Origin: Antedon mediterranea
Taxonomy: Eukaryota > Animalia > Echinodermata
Length of the DNA: 64,000 nucleotides
Direction: 5' to 3'
NCBI RefSeq assembly: GCF_964355755.1
Contig: NC_092678.1
Coordinates: forward strand, 1,752,422-1,816,421
Both the position numbers and the translations under genes were made by a program. Positions 27,131 to 39,700 of this stretch are shown here, one piece after another. The notes below the pieces were generated by a model. The model had not been told where the DNA came from and did no database searches. It was given only the letters and a program-made list of their open reading frames with translations. Positions within the stretch are counted from its first letter, which is position 1. Every line of letters begins with the position of its first letter.

Positions 27131-27650
27131 CTGCTGTACATGCGCTCTTGTCAATTTAGTGGCTTTCATGATTGTCGCGAATATTAATTGCGAACGAAAT
27201 AAATTGTCTTTTACATTAATATCTTAAGTACCCGTGACACCGGCCGACATATTCGTATGCACGAAACTCCTGTAGTAATTGTTTATAAAGTATTACTTGA
27301 GAGACATGGCTTTACACAACAAAAGATGCTCGTCTATGTTTACATTGTGCGTGTTCCATTCTTCTAGTAAACAATGCATGTCATGACAAGACAGAATTGT
27401 TTTCATCGGTCCGGCGAACCCTTCTCTCTCGGTTTTCACTTGACCCGTCGTAGGAACTAACGTACGGGAAAAATCACTCGCGGTTTGTGTACGTTTTCAC
27501 GCATCGATGAGCGGCCTTACCGAAGAGTCGATTAAAGGCCGAAACGAACCGATGGAGGATCTAACGTACGGGGAAAAACGCGACCCGTCGTCGATATTCG
27601 TTTGTTTTTAGCGTACTCAGAACTACTCTCAGTGACTGTTATAGTCGTTT

Positions 27651-27797
27651 AAGCTTGGTTCCCACTAGGATGTAACGCAATGCAATGGTTTGACCAATCT
27701 CAAGCGATGGATTATTCAAACAGTGACGCGTGATTGGTCAACTCGCTTGCGTTGCTTCTACTTCATTGTGTTGCGTCCTAGTGAGAACGAAACTTTA
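27651..27797. mobile_element. MITE family C (AAGCTTGGTTCCCACTAG..., internal TTGACCAATC/GATTGGTCAA)
   Basis: Inverted termini and internal inverted repeat; related copies at about 31721-31828 and 50621-50722. Confidence 0.75.
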
Positions 27798-28579
27798 GTG
27801 ACGAAAGATCGCTATAAAATCATGATACACCGCAACGTAGAGCTAAACGTAAAGCAAGCAAAATGTATGTTTTGTTGACTAATCATTTCCAAATAAAATC
27901 TTCAATATAAACTTTATTTATTTCTTCAACACGCCATTCGTTGTCTAAAACATTTGAACATTATTCGCATAAAACTCAGGTACTTTTAAATACATTTGTC
28001 AAAAATTGCAAAACACGAACGGCTCTATTAAAATTATCACACACAAAAACACACTGTTTAAACCCGAAGCTATACTTCTGGAAACTACTACAAGTGGCCT
28101 TATAACAGGCCTAAAATAATTATAAGGTAGGGCCTATCAGTACAAATTGACAAGTTCGGTGAGAGATTTTCTCACCAAATTTTCTTATCACTTACAGACA
28201 GAAAAAATGAAAATGTGAATTGTGAATACGGCCACTGGTAACCGACGACAAACGATTTTTAATTAAGGGATCAAATATGCAGTTACTGCAGTATTTCACT
28301 CATTTTCCTCTTTAATTAACCTGATTATGCAACTGTTTTAAAAGCTATAGTAAATGCCTCATACACTTGAAACAAACTAAAATCCTATGGTTAGGCCTAC
28401 TGAAGTTTTTATAAGTAGTTACTGCAGTAACAAATTATGAAAGTTGGCCTAAAATACGAAGTTCTGTAAAGCAAAGATTAAATGCCCAGAAAAACGTTCT
28501 TGCTGTTGGAAGTTCGGTTTAGTTTCGTCAAAGCACAATGTATCGGATCCGTTTCAAGACCAAACACGTAATGTTAAAG

Positions 28580-29296
28580 TTAGTCGCATTGTACCTCTAA
28601 TAACCATTGCATAATTCGAGCACCTTTGTTTTTCATTTCATCTTCCTCATTTGAAACCAAACGTTCCGCCGTCGGGATAACATACTGCGAGTTTGAATAC
28701 ACATCGTTGTCGCTCATCATTTTCGGATCTGTTTCAGCGCACGCGGCACCGCCTTTGGTCGCCGCCGCATCCGTAACTTGCCTTATCGTATCTTTTGTAA
28801 TTTCGTATTGCACAAGAACTGGTAACGTCACGTGTAGATTATTCGGCACTATAATTTCTTTACTCGTTTTTTCTTTCTCGTCGTACATATAGATAAATGT
28901 CTTATCTGTCCGACGTTCTGGCATACGTAGTAATTTGTTCGTTTTTGTGTCACTTTGTTCGTCGTTTCCAACTTCAGAACTAGGTGTTGTATGTCCGGAA
29001 CGGTTCGTGATAGATGTTCGATTTAGATTACTGTAAGAAGGTGATTTTTGAGTTGATCGGCCATTGTTGGTATTATCAGAAAGTTGCGACACAGTCGCAC
29101 TACTGGATGTCCTTGAAATGGTCGCACAATTTGACGGTGGCGATTCCGTCGTCGCCGATGACGAAGACAATGATCGTCGATTTGTAGGTGTCTTTGAAAC
29201 GGTGACTGACGTGCTGTGTGTCCTAATCCGCCCGGATTTTAGCCGTGGTTTCCCCTCTAATTTGTTCATTCTTAGGCATTCGTTTGGGCTAGGCAT
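28580..29296 (-). CDS. Uncharacterised intronless Ser/Thr-rich protein, 238 aa
   Basis: 717-nt ATG-TAA ORF, GC-richer than its flanks and not repeat-derived. Low-complexity middle and short C-terminal motif ARIMQWLLEV. Candidate AATAAA on the minus strand near 27915. Confidence 0.65.
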   Translation of the reverse strand: MPSPNECLRMNKLEGKPRLKSGRIRTHSTSVTVSKTPTNRRSLSSSSATTESPPSNCATISRTSSSATVSQLSDNTNNGRSTQKSPSYSNLNRTSITNRSGHTTPSSEVGNDEQSDTKTNKLLRMPERRTDKTFIYMYDEKEKTSKEIIVPNNLHVTLPVLVQYEITKDTIRQVTDAAATKGGAACAETDPKMMSDNDVYSNSQYVIPTAERLVSNEEDEMKNKGARIMQWLLEVQCD

Positions 29297-30214
29297 GGAT
29301 TAAAATCATAATGCATAAGTTTATTGTTTGGTGATTAATATCGCAGACGATAAGGATTGCAAATACTGATACATATATGCTGTTGACTTATGTTAGTTAA
29401 TGTTGCGTTAATTACCCTTGAGTGTCGCAAAGTCCAGGTTCCAGTTCTTGAGTCGATAAAACGACAATTGAAGTTGGTAGCCTGCAGTGAGTTATTGTCA
29501 CAATTAAATATATATGTTTATATTGCATTCTCTGTGTAAATACAGACAGCCAGTTATAATGTCACAGTCCTTAGTACTTGTAGTCATGCCAACGAGAATA
29601 AATCACGATTTTAGAAGAGGGTGTCTGTCGTCTGTTCTCGTAAACCTTAAGGTGACCTGTGGAAAAAGAATGGAACAATACGGAAGTCATAAAGCAAATT
29701 AATGTGTTTAAACAACTTGATCACGTAACAATGGCGTGATAAGACCCGTGCATGGGATGCATTTTCGGGGAAACCTACCCATGTCGGCGTATAATCTCTA
29801 GAGATGTGTCTAGTCTAGTATAGCCTACAACAAAAGCATGTGAAATACTTTTCATCTAAAATGAAATAAAACTACGGCTTGTTTCTTTTCATTAGCATAT
29901 TGGTTGATTAAATATACTGCATTTCACTATTAAAATGCTTAAGCAAATGTACTACATATTTACATAACAGTAGAACACCTCCTGGGACACCTATTCAGCG
30001 GATGCCTCTGTTAAAGGAACAGTTTCATATGAAACAAACGAGGGAAAATATATATTTTAACACCGTACCAAGCCCTATTTGTGGAATACTAAGGGGCCCT
30101 TAATTGAGTAGGCCTACCCCTTAATTAAAAACGTGTATAATTATACATTTCAATTTCAACTTGAAACAATTTACATAATTATGTCAAATTGAACCTTTCA
30201 ATGTGTTTAGGCCT

Positions 30215-30307
30215 ATAGCTTGGCGTAATTGTATAGCTTGGCGTAATTGTATAGCTTGGCGTAATTGTATAGCTTGGCGTAATTGTATAGCTTGGCGTAA
30301 TTGTATA
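30215..30307. repeat. 18-bp tandem repeat (TAGCTTGGCGTAATTGTA) x5
   Basis: Five identical units. Confidence 0.93.
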
Positions 30308-31159
30308 CCCAGGGAGGTATAAAATCATTTATACCTCCATTGTATACCTTTCGAGGATTTAATTTCCCATGCCTTTAGTAAGGTGTATAATATTGTCATC
30401 TTCTACAGCCATGATACAGCCAACACATCGTTCTTTTTATTCTTTACCTATAATACTATTCCAATGTTTTATTAAGCTATAGAAAAGTAAACCTACCTTT
30501 TCCCTAGACCAGTGACGCATCCATTTTAGAGCAATATTTAGTTGCCAATAAGTCTATCACAACCGCTCATTCGATGTATAACCAACTATCATCAGTCTCT
30601 TCCACAAACTGACAATGATATGGTAAAGACATCATAAGTTTCCTGAAGATTCGTCTCACACTCGGATAAAGACCAACTAGTAGTATAGTAAGGTTCCGCA
30701 ATTTGACGACGATATAACATAGGCATAGCATATACAACTTCTTGATGACACTCCGCCGTCGCCCTATTATTCGTTCACACGCTCATTTGTAAATGCTGTT
30801 TAATTACCTGCACTTTGCGTTTGTTTGATAAAAACTTGCCTTGTTTTCTTCGCCTCGTGAATTCTATTGATTTTCGAAGGTATCTCATTTGTCCCAATGA
30901 TCCACGGACAATAGCGCCAGGGTCGTCCACTTACCTCTCTATTAACAAAACGGTTTATCGCGTGTCAGGAATTCTTACATGCTGCCACCATTAATAAGTA
31001 AGTAAAAATACTATTTTACTGAACATGCGCATGTTTACGTACTACTGTACACCTTGTCGAAGAATAAATTAGTACAAAATATATATAATCCATCTTCTCC
31101 TTCAACCTAATACAGGATAAATAAAATTCACCGAATTTTCCAAAATTATTTGCAGAAAT

Positions 31160-31445
31160 TCAATGTTTTCTTCTCCTTTTCTTTCTTTCACTTTCTTGTT
31201 CTCATTTTCTTTTTTTTACTTCCCCTTTCTTTATTATTTTTCATTTTTTTCTTTTGTTCTCTTTCTCTTTCTTTATTCTTGTTCGTTTTTATTGTGTTCC
31301 TTTCGTATTTTTCTTTTTCTTGTGTTATTTTTTTTCTTCTTCATTTTTTCTTTTTTTCTCTCTTTCATTCGTTTTACTTTTTTTTTTTTTTTTTTTCGTT
31401 TTTCTTTTGTTCTTTCTCTTCTTTTTCTTTTGTTCCCTTATCTTT
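31160..31445. repeat. Polypyrimidine low-complexity tract
   Basis: Almost entirely T/C. Confidence 0.9.
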
Positions 31446-32587
31446 GACACATTGACAGTATGACCTAGACTTACTTCTTGCGTATGGGATCGTCCGTGAA
31501 TATATAACACAATTAATTATTTTATTTAATTCCTTTTTTCATTATCGGTAGGCAACATCCGTGCTCAAGCCTAACCTCTTTTATATGGTTGGCATAATCA
31601 TGCTACACCTCCTAAATACCTCTCTGCCCTAAATATCAAATGCGCGTATTCCGTTAGCAAACGCAAGGTCCAAGTGGGAACCACGCTTTATGTTTTCTAG
31701 TGAACATTTTTTACTTAATACTTGGTTCCCACTAGAGATGCAACACAAGGACGTAACGCAACGTATGTGAGTTGACCAATCACAAGCTTGTCACTCTGGT
31801 CAACATGCTTACGTTGCGTTGCGTAAAGTGCTCTGAACTTTGAGAGGATTAATCCGAGTTTACAATTGATAGTCATCCGGCCATTGTTTACATTTGAAAT
31901 GTCACACCCATTTGACAACCATGACATAATAGCCTACTACGTTGTTTATCGGTTTTATCTTGTCAATGGTGGTAGTAGCGTGGGCAATCCAACATTTACT
32001 GATTCTGACCTTGTGTAGTAGAAATAAGGGATGTTTTTGCCCAAGGATGATTCGGCCCGGGACATTTCGTTACACCTTTTTCCGAGACTACGTTACGGCC
32101 AAAAGTGGTCATTTGAAATTTCACACCCTTTTGAAAACCATAATAGCCTACTACATTGTTTATCGCTTTTATCTTGTCAATGGTGGTAGTTTCATCATGG
32201 TCCTATAATAGATCCATGGTTTTATGATCCTGTCCTTGTGTAGACTTTAGAAGTAGTAGGCCTAGTGTAGATACATTACAAATATATTAGACGATAAACA
32301 TACTATGAAAATGCAATATAACTTTGTGGCTTTATTTATGTGTAATAGAACAGGCTTTTGTAGTATCACAAACCAGGAATTCCATAGGAGTACTAGGCGC
32401 AGCCGATTTAGTGACAATGTGAAAGAAATATTGCTATTGAATATATTAAATGAAGCGTGCTATGCTTGTTGATATTGTGTTATGCTTCGCATGATTTAGC
32501 ATACTCCCATTTAGGCATCAACCTTCTACCGTGTATTTACTATAACACTGAGTTAGGCCTACGTAGGATAGTAAACATTTACAGAAA

Positions 32588-33703
32588 ATGGAGAATTTAC
32601 AATTATTGGTTGTTCTAACTGTACTAAGCTTGATGTGCCGAACTTGCTTTGGAAATCCTGGTGGAGCCCCGCTTTCGGCATGCGAGTCGATGACGCCTAC
32701 GCACCCGGGGTCTCCGTCTGCACAGAACCCAGCAGACAATGCTGTCCCGTATGATTTGGTTATTAATTTTCCAACTTCAGTACGGGAATATATCACAGGA
32801 AACTCATTACAAGGTATGGTATACCATGGATTCGATGGTACAACATTGTCTCATTCTCCGGCTATTTCGTTAGAATAATTAGACTAAGGGGCGTTACTCA
32901 AGGCGTCAATTGCCAATGCATCAAATCATAGGGGAGAATCCGCACCCCAACTTATTATTAGCGCTCTGCCGCTAGATCATTCCCCTACTGAGAATACGGT
33001 ATGTAGGCTATATACCGTATATATATAACCGTTAGTTATTCGTTATTTCAAAACTACAACTAAAAACGTTAGTAACATACGAATAAGAACGCATTGATTA
33101 TGAAACCGATAAGACAATGTAATTGATAAAACAATGTAATTTTGATTTTAACAGTCCAGATCACTGGAATTAACGGGGCCCTGTTTCAAGGATTTTTACT
33201 TCAAGCAAGAAGAGTATCAGATAACGTGATTGTAGGGGAATGGACTACTGTTGCTGCTACCAATCCAGCTGATACCAAAACATTAGCATGTCCACCAACG
33301 GGTACGGGTGCCACTACCATTGCTACCAGTGCTACACACGGTAACAGTAATAACAAAGGTACTAGGACATTTAACTGGTTGCCGTCAACCGATTATGGAG
33401 ATGTGTATATGGTGTAAGTTGTCTTCAATCTAGTATTTAGGCCGTACTAGCAGAGAGAATGTAGGCTTTTTAAAAGATAGTCATTTTAATATAAAGTGAT
33501 AGCAATAAAAGAGCAGGATGGAAATTACGATGACAACAATGAGGACCCATCCATCCTCAAACTTGACATCCTCGATGTATTTAGTTCCCGCTTTAACGGA
33601 CAACGATTGACAAGGCCTACAATGTTATTTTTTAGGATGTCCGTTGTTCAGACTCAGGCGATATTCTGGATAGGAATTAGATCACAGTCCTTCGCACACT
33701 CAG
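32588..33703 (+). CDS. Signal peptide and Reeler domain exons of the Reeler-EGF gene
   Basis: [22 protein letters not shown] signal peptide; [30 protein letters not shown] and VVQ...FW are Reeler-domain hallmarks. Confidence 0.92.
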
Positions 33704-36700
33704 GTATTTGATTTCTTTACATAGTACTTTTCATTATTAAAGAAATACACTTTACAACTTTTTTTGTGTGTGAAATTAATTGAAACGTATATGTGGAACA
33801 GTTGTCTAGTGATTAAGATACATAGATGCGGAACCAAAGAATATGGGAGAATTTTGAATAATACAATTCAAACATTTAGTTAAGTCTAGCACTTTGTTTC
33901 ACAATCTTTAGGCCCTGAGACCCTATTTCAAAAGCGTTGCTCCACCACTGATTTCTGCCAATGGATTCAGATCTGAAGGCAGGATTTTGTCTGAGTAAAT
34001 TAAGACTGAAGAGATCTCACGTCGTATGCCTAAACAGTGTAAACTTACATCTTGCCTTTTGCGCTATGTTTAGTTTAGAAAATGATGGAAAATCTAAATG
34101 CATGCAGTAATATGTTTCTGACTTCTTCGATCTTCAGTTATATTAACAACACAGGATTTTTGCGCTTCGGAGCCGTGCCAAAATGGCGGGACATGTTCTC
34201 TCTCTGGCACGTCATACATCTGTGATTGCCCTAGTAATACTTGGGGCAACAACTGTGAGAATATAGGAAGTGAGTTTGGTAGTGGCTATACGTTTTTTGT
34301 TTTCTGGGCAAGCGATTATCTTCTTTGGGCATCAAGTTTGGGAATATTAAAGTATTGGCCAACGTGTATTTTAAAAAATCGTGTTAGGCCTATACTTTTT
34401 TTAAACGCTTAGGCCTATTTTGAAACAATACACTTTGTAAAGTGGTTTTAGGGCCTACGTTGTAATTGAGAGTTTCGTGGGTTTCAAATGATATTTTTTA
34501 TTTGGTCAACAATATTCACCCACGGGTTTTTTCGATTCAAACTAGTAATTTTGCTTGTTTTAATTTTTGTTATGTTTGAAAATAAATATGGTTATGGGTT
34601 GTTTCTTTCTGTGGGTTCTAACTTTTTAAAACATTTTACATTATCACTTACTTTGTGTTTTAATTAATTATTTAAATTTGAAACAACCCATCTTTTGCAT
34701 GAGAAATAGATTATTTTATTAATTATATTTAAAACGACAGACGTCATTTCTAAGCCAAGGTATTTATTTGTTACGTTGGATGATTGTTTATTCATCCTTA
34801 ATATTTGGGATTTGTGTTGTTTATTCCTGCGCAGTCAACCACAAACATTCTACTACTCGGTGGGGTTGTCCTTAAACAAACCATCGTACTAGGAACGAAC
34901 TTAATCGGGCTAAGGATGATTTGTATTCAATTGCGTACTCAAGTCCCATTTTGGGTTATAAATGCCAATCCAATGAACACGATCGTATTTCAATTTAAAT
35001 CTTTTAAATTGAATTTGCAGTCTCTTTTATTTAAAATAGTGTTCCAATCCAACAAATTATCAATCCTTTTCTTCATTTAAATTTTCAGATTTAACGCCAA
35101 TTCAGTTAACACGATCGTATTTCAATTTCAATCTTTTATATTGAAGTTTTAATCTCTTTAATTCATTTTAAAATAGTGTTTCAATCAAACAAATTCTCAA
35201 TCTTTTTCTTCAATTAGGCCTAAAAGTACGTACGATAGGTCTATTTTTATACTTAATGCAAATCCAGTTAACACGATCTTAATTCAGATTCAATCTTTTC
35301 GATTGAAGTTTCAGTCTGCTTTTATTTTATTTTAAAATGATTTGATAAAGTAATTTCTTAATTTGTTTCTTCAAATAATAATTATTGTTTTTGATTCGTT
35401 TTCATTAAATTTCTTTTTTAAATTTCTCGATTCTATAACCGTTGCGTGCGCTTCTTGCGCACAACATCTGAGAAACTAAGCGCTGTTCTGGCGATTGAAC
35501 CGATGAAGGCCAATGGTATAACGGTTGGGCGTCAGCATGCCAAGCGAATCTCGTCGTGTGCCACTATAAGTATACAAAACTGTAATAATATTGGTGACAC
35601 TTTCTGTTTTAGAACTTCATGCTTTTAAGTTTTATACAATTTCTATTTGAATTGGGATTATCTCGCTTCGTCAATTGTCATTGTTAGCTATAAAATGATG
35701 GCAATGAGTGGTACGATATTTTTTACCATTGTCACGTCAAGCGTTACATACCGGTAGTAGAATGAAGGAATTTATAATCTCGTAATTATAAAGTTGAATT
35801 ACAAACTGCCGATTTAAAACTAAAACTGCCTAGGCCTAGTGACTCAAACTCTTTAGGGAGGATTGAAGTCACATTAGGCCCGTAACCCATTACATGGTCT
35901 TACTGAATTAAATAAGGCCTACATTGTATTTCAACCTGTTCTTTGTTTATGAGACATACACGGGCCCGCATTCGAATGTGGTGTCGTTAGTGTACAACTT
36001 AATAATATCTCCATATTACAATGGCGAAGGCGATAAAAACTTGTCGGGCCCAAACACACCTGAGATTCCTCAGCGTAGGCCTATTTATAACTAGGCCTAC
36101 ACTTGGTTGGTTGTAATCATACTATTATATAAACGATTGTAAATTCCTTCGTTAGGATAGTTTCACTCGGACAAATATTGGCTTTATTTTACTTTTTCGT
36201 TATTTAGGTTTTCTGTCTTCTTCTTTTCTTTCTCAATTCTTCCCAGTTAATAAAAAAAAAATACAAACAGATATAGTAGAAGCCATTATTTGGTACCACC
36301 CCTTATTAAGAAACACGAGGGTCAATATATGTTTTAACACTAATGACCTGTTAAGGGACACCTTCGAGATCCAAGTTTTCACTAACAATACAAACAAGCA
36401 AAACAAAATTCACGACAATAAGGCTTATATATTTAATTTTTATTTTTTAAACTCGATTGTTCATATGTTATCACATTCATAGGTCCTGGCTTATGTGCCA
36501 CGCATGCATGTTTGAACGGTGGGGTGTGCGTTCCAGTAGGTAATTTCACGACGACTTGTTCATGTTCAAGTGGATATTACGGTGTGTTTTGCGAGACTGC
36601 GTCGTTACCGTGTGTCAGCAGCGATCCGTGCGTCTTCGGGACGTGCGTACCTCTTGCAGATCTAACGTTTGAGTGCCAATGCAATGCTGGTTATACGGGG

Positions 36701-39700
36701 CAACTGTGTAATGCTGAGGCGAATCCTTGTAACTCTGATCCTTGTCTCAATGGAGGTGAATGTGTTAACACCAATTCCACTCATTTTGAATGTTCCTGCT
36801 TAGAAGGTTATGGAGGAACGTTGTGTCAGTCCAGCGGGTGTAAGACATAATTCTCCATTTCTAAAACTTTATCTGTTGCTTTGCATGACTTTTTGCCGTT
36901 GAACATAGCATTCATCTTCTAAACAATCCAATTATGGTGTCTAGGCCCATTACCACCTGATATATGTTCCCTTTACAATATTTCCCTCATCTGTTGGTAT
37001 CTTCTGGTCTGGTAAGCATAGCCTGGTCTGTATTGTTCACTGTGACTCTGTTGTATGATTGTCATTTCGTCATCATTTTGCTCATTATATCAAATTCAAA
37101 TATTCTTTATTCATCCTCTATCATGAAAATATACAACAACAATATATGAGAACATAAAAAAGATGAAAAGGAAACACATAAAAACTCAAAAGAGCTTGAT
37201 TAGTTGTGTCCCCCTATGTCCCTAACTAGCCTAAAAAAATAAAACATAAATAATAATATTAAATCTGGTGTCGGATTTTTTCTTAAGTTGCTGAAACTTT
37301 TATGATATTTAAAATTCTTTTTCCTTTTTTACGTCTAATGTCACTCCATAATCATTATCTTGAATCAATTTGACAGGCATCACACAACCCTCTCCTTTAT
37401 CTCCGATTCAAGAAAAGCATGCCTAGTTTTTCTTTCTTTATCGATTTTACGTTTTTCAATTTTTTGCTGTTTCATGATTTCTTTTCAATTTTTCAATTCA
37501 ATTAAACCATATTTGTTTTCTCTTAATGCGGCTAGACTGTACAGGAATTAACCCGTGCCCTACAGACCACATTTGTACAGTATCAGGCCTGGCTTATGTG
37601 TGTTCTCTTTGCTCTGATAATATATCAAATTTAGCTTGTAACACGTCATATATTGCCCTGGAAACTGGTAAGTTTAAAAAAAAAGTTTTTTTCGATGAAA
37701 TGGGTCGTAGGCCTTCAAGACATAGAAATGTGTTCATTTTGAAAACCCAATTCCATCACTTCCAAAGAAGTTGTTTATGTAGAGCGTGTATAATGTATGT
37801 CTTGTGCAACCAGGGTTGCCACCTTTGAGAAGGACAGTGAATGAATTTGGCTATCCTTGCTGATGGATCAAGCAAAGGTCGCATAACCCGTCAACAAAAA
37901 TTGTATTCTCCATTATACGACCGTTTCCAAATTTGTGTATTGTTTATATATGATCCCCGACCCTATACTCCCTGTTACGTTGGTACTTTTAAAGCCGATT
38001 TTCCACTTCTTTTCCATTTTTTTCGCGCGAAGTGGAAAATAGGCTTAACGCTGTTGCGTCTTTACAAGCAACAGTTACCACTTATTGATTTCATTAATGT
38101 TATCCTCTTATACGATATGTGACTTGCTTTACTATCTATGGAATCCTTAATTGGTTTCCAGGGGAACATGTCATAAAACCGCATTAAAAACACTCATTGT
38201 GTAATACACGATAATTGACGTCACTAAAACTAGATAATCAATATGTCCCTAACCCCAACAAGTGTAGGCCTACGGTATTAAACTCTAAGATAGATTCCAC
38301 TGATTATTCATCTGTTCTGTTTTGTCAGTAACGAATCCATGCGTTTCAAACTCGTGCACAAATGGCGGTGAATGCGTTGCTGCGTCACAAACGTCATACA
38401 TGTGTAACTGTCTCGCTGGATTTTCTGGAACTTTTTGTCAAACGGGTACAGCGAGTAAGTAACAATGTTATTTATTTTTGGATGCAATTTTTACAAATCA
38501 ATGTGGTTTGTTTTATCTTCAAATCAATGTGTTTTTATCTTGTTGGTTTACTGTATTTTCAATTTTATCTTGGTTCGAGGAGTTTCGTGCATGAATTTTG
38601 TTTAACCTTTCCAAAATTATCAATACGCTTCATTATCGTTCGTTAGGCGCGTTATACTATTTTGTGCCAGTTATCCCCGTCGTGCACCGAGTGTCTTAAG
38701 TTGGCCAGTCATCCTGTTTGTCCATATTTTCTTCGGTTTTTTAAAGGTCTTTTTCATTTCTTGTTATCTTCCTTTTAGAGTTAGTTTTTTTTTGCGTTTT
38801 TTCGACAAGCCTACTCGTCGGAAAATGGTCTTTTCTGTTTTTAAATTTGAATACTGTTATGCTGTTAAAGTAGGCCTATACATTATGGCCATTTTTGCAT
38901 TCCATATGACTATTATCTTTTGGTATCGGCTGGAGCTAGCTCAATGGTACGACGTTCCCCAAGTTGTTGCAGCGGATTATTATCTAGGCCTATCTATTAG
39001 AAATTAGTAGGCCTAAAATGACAACAAAATGGCAATAATTACAACCTTTATTAATGTTACAAAAAGCGATGTTATTACAAAGTGCGACAACTTTATTACA
39101 AAGTACGACAATTTAATATATAAGTGCGACAACCGCGGTGGGTATGGCACGTCAAGGTATGATGCGCCGTAAGTGTCATTCAAAACGTACAGTGAATTAC
39201 GTATGGCGGGCCACAGACGTCAAATTTATAAAGAAATGGTAATGTCATTATTTCCATAGTTGTGTCAAAAGAAATTGGTTTATATTGTAGGTCATTTTGC
39301 TTAAAATAAGAATAAATGATGAATCACCATATCACCAATTATGGAAGTACAATAACAAACCCTGTATAATACGTATGGAAGGCCCAAAATGTAAAAAAAT
39401 GTCACAAAACTAGAAATCCAACGGGAAGGTTTTGAAAGCCTTTTAAGCACAACACTTTGAGAACCATGTGTAATATGTTAATCATGAAGGTGTTTGTTTT
39501 TTAGTTAATACACTGTGTAACCCTAACCCGTGTCAAAATTCTGGTACCTGTGCTGAGTCAGGCACTTCTTTTACCTGTACATGTGCTAGTGGATGGACAG
39601 GAACAACATGCACTACAGGTAAACACATTGTAGTTATTAATATTTATTAAGCCAATGTGACACCCATTTAGAATATTCAGTTGTGAACTACTTAGTACAC

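Noticed and set aside
25870-27227. Stack of 60-124 aa ORFs, or a CRISPR-like array
   Set aside because: Pure 85-bp tandem repeat with no unique spacers; eukaryotic context and no cas genes.
27500-27550. Second hammerhead ribozyme
   Set aside because: Core is not CUGANGA and stem I cannot be formed; kept only as an unexplained structured patch.
31150-31510. Phe-rich and Lys-rich ORFs
   Set aside because: Polypyrimidine low-complexity sequence.
33793-33840. tRNA or SINE A-box-like sequence (also 61508 and 62479)
   Set aside because: No cloverleaf and no paired A and B boxes; too degenerate to call.
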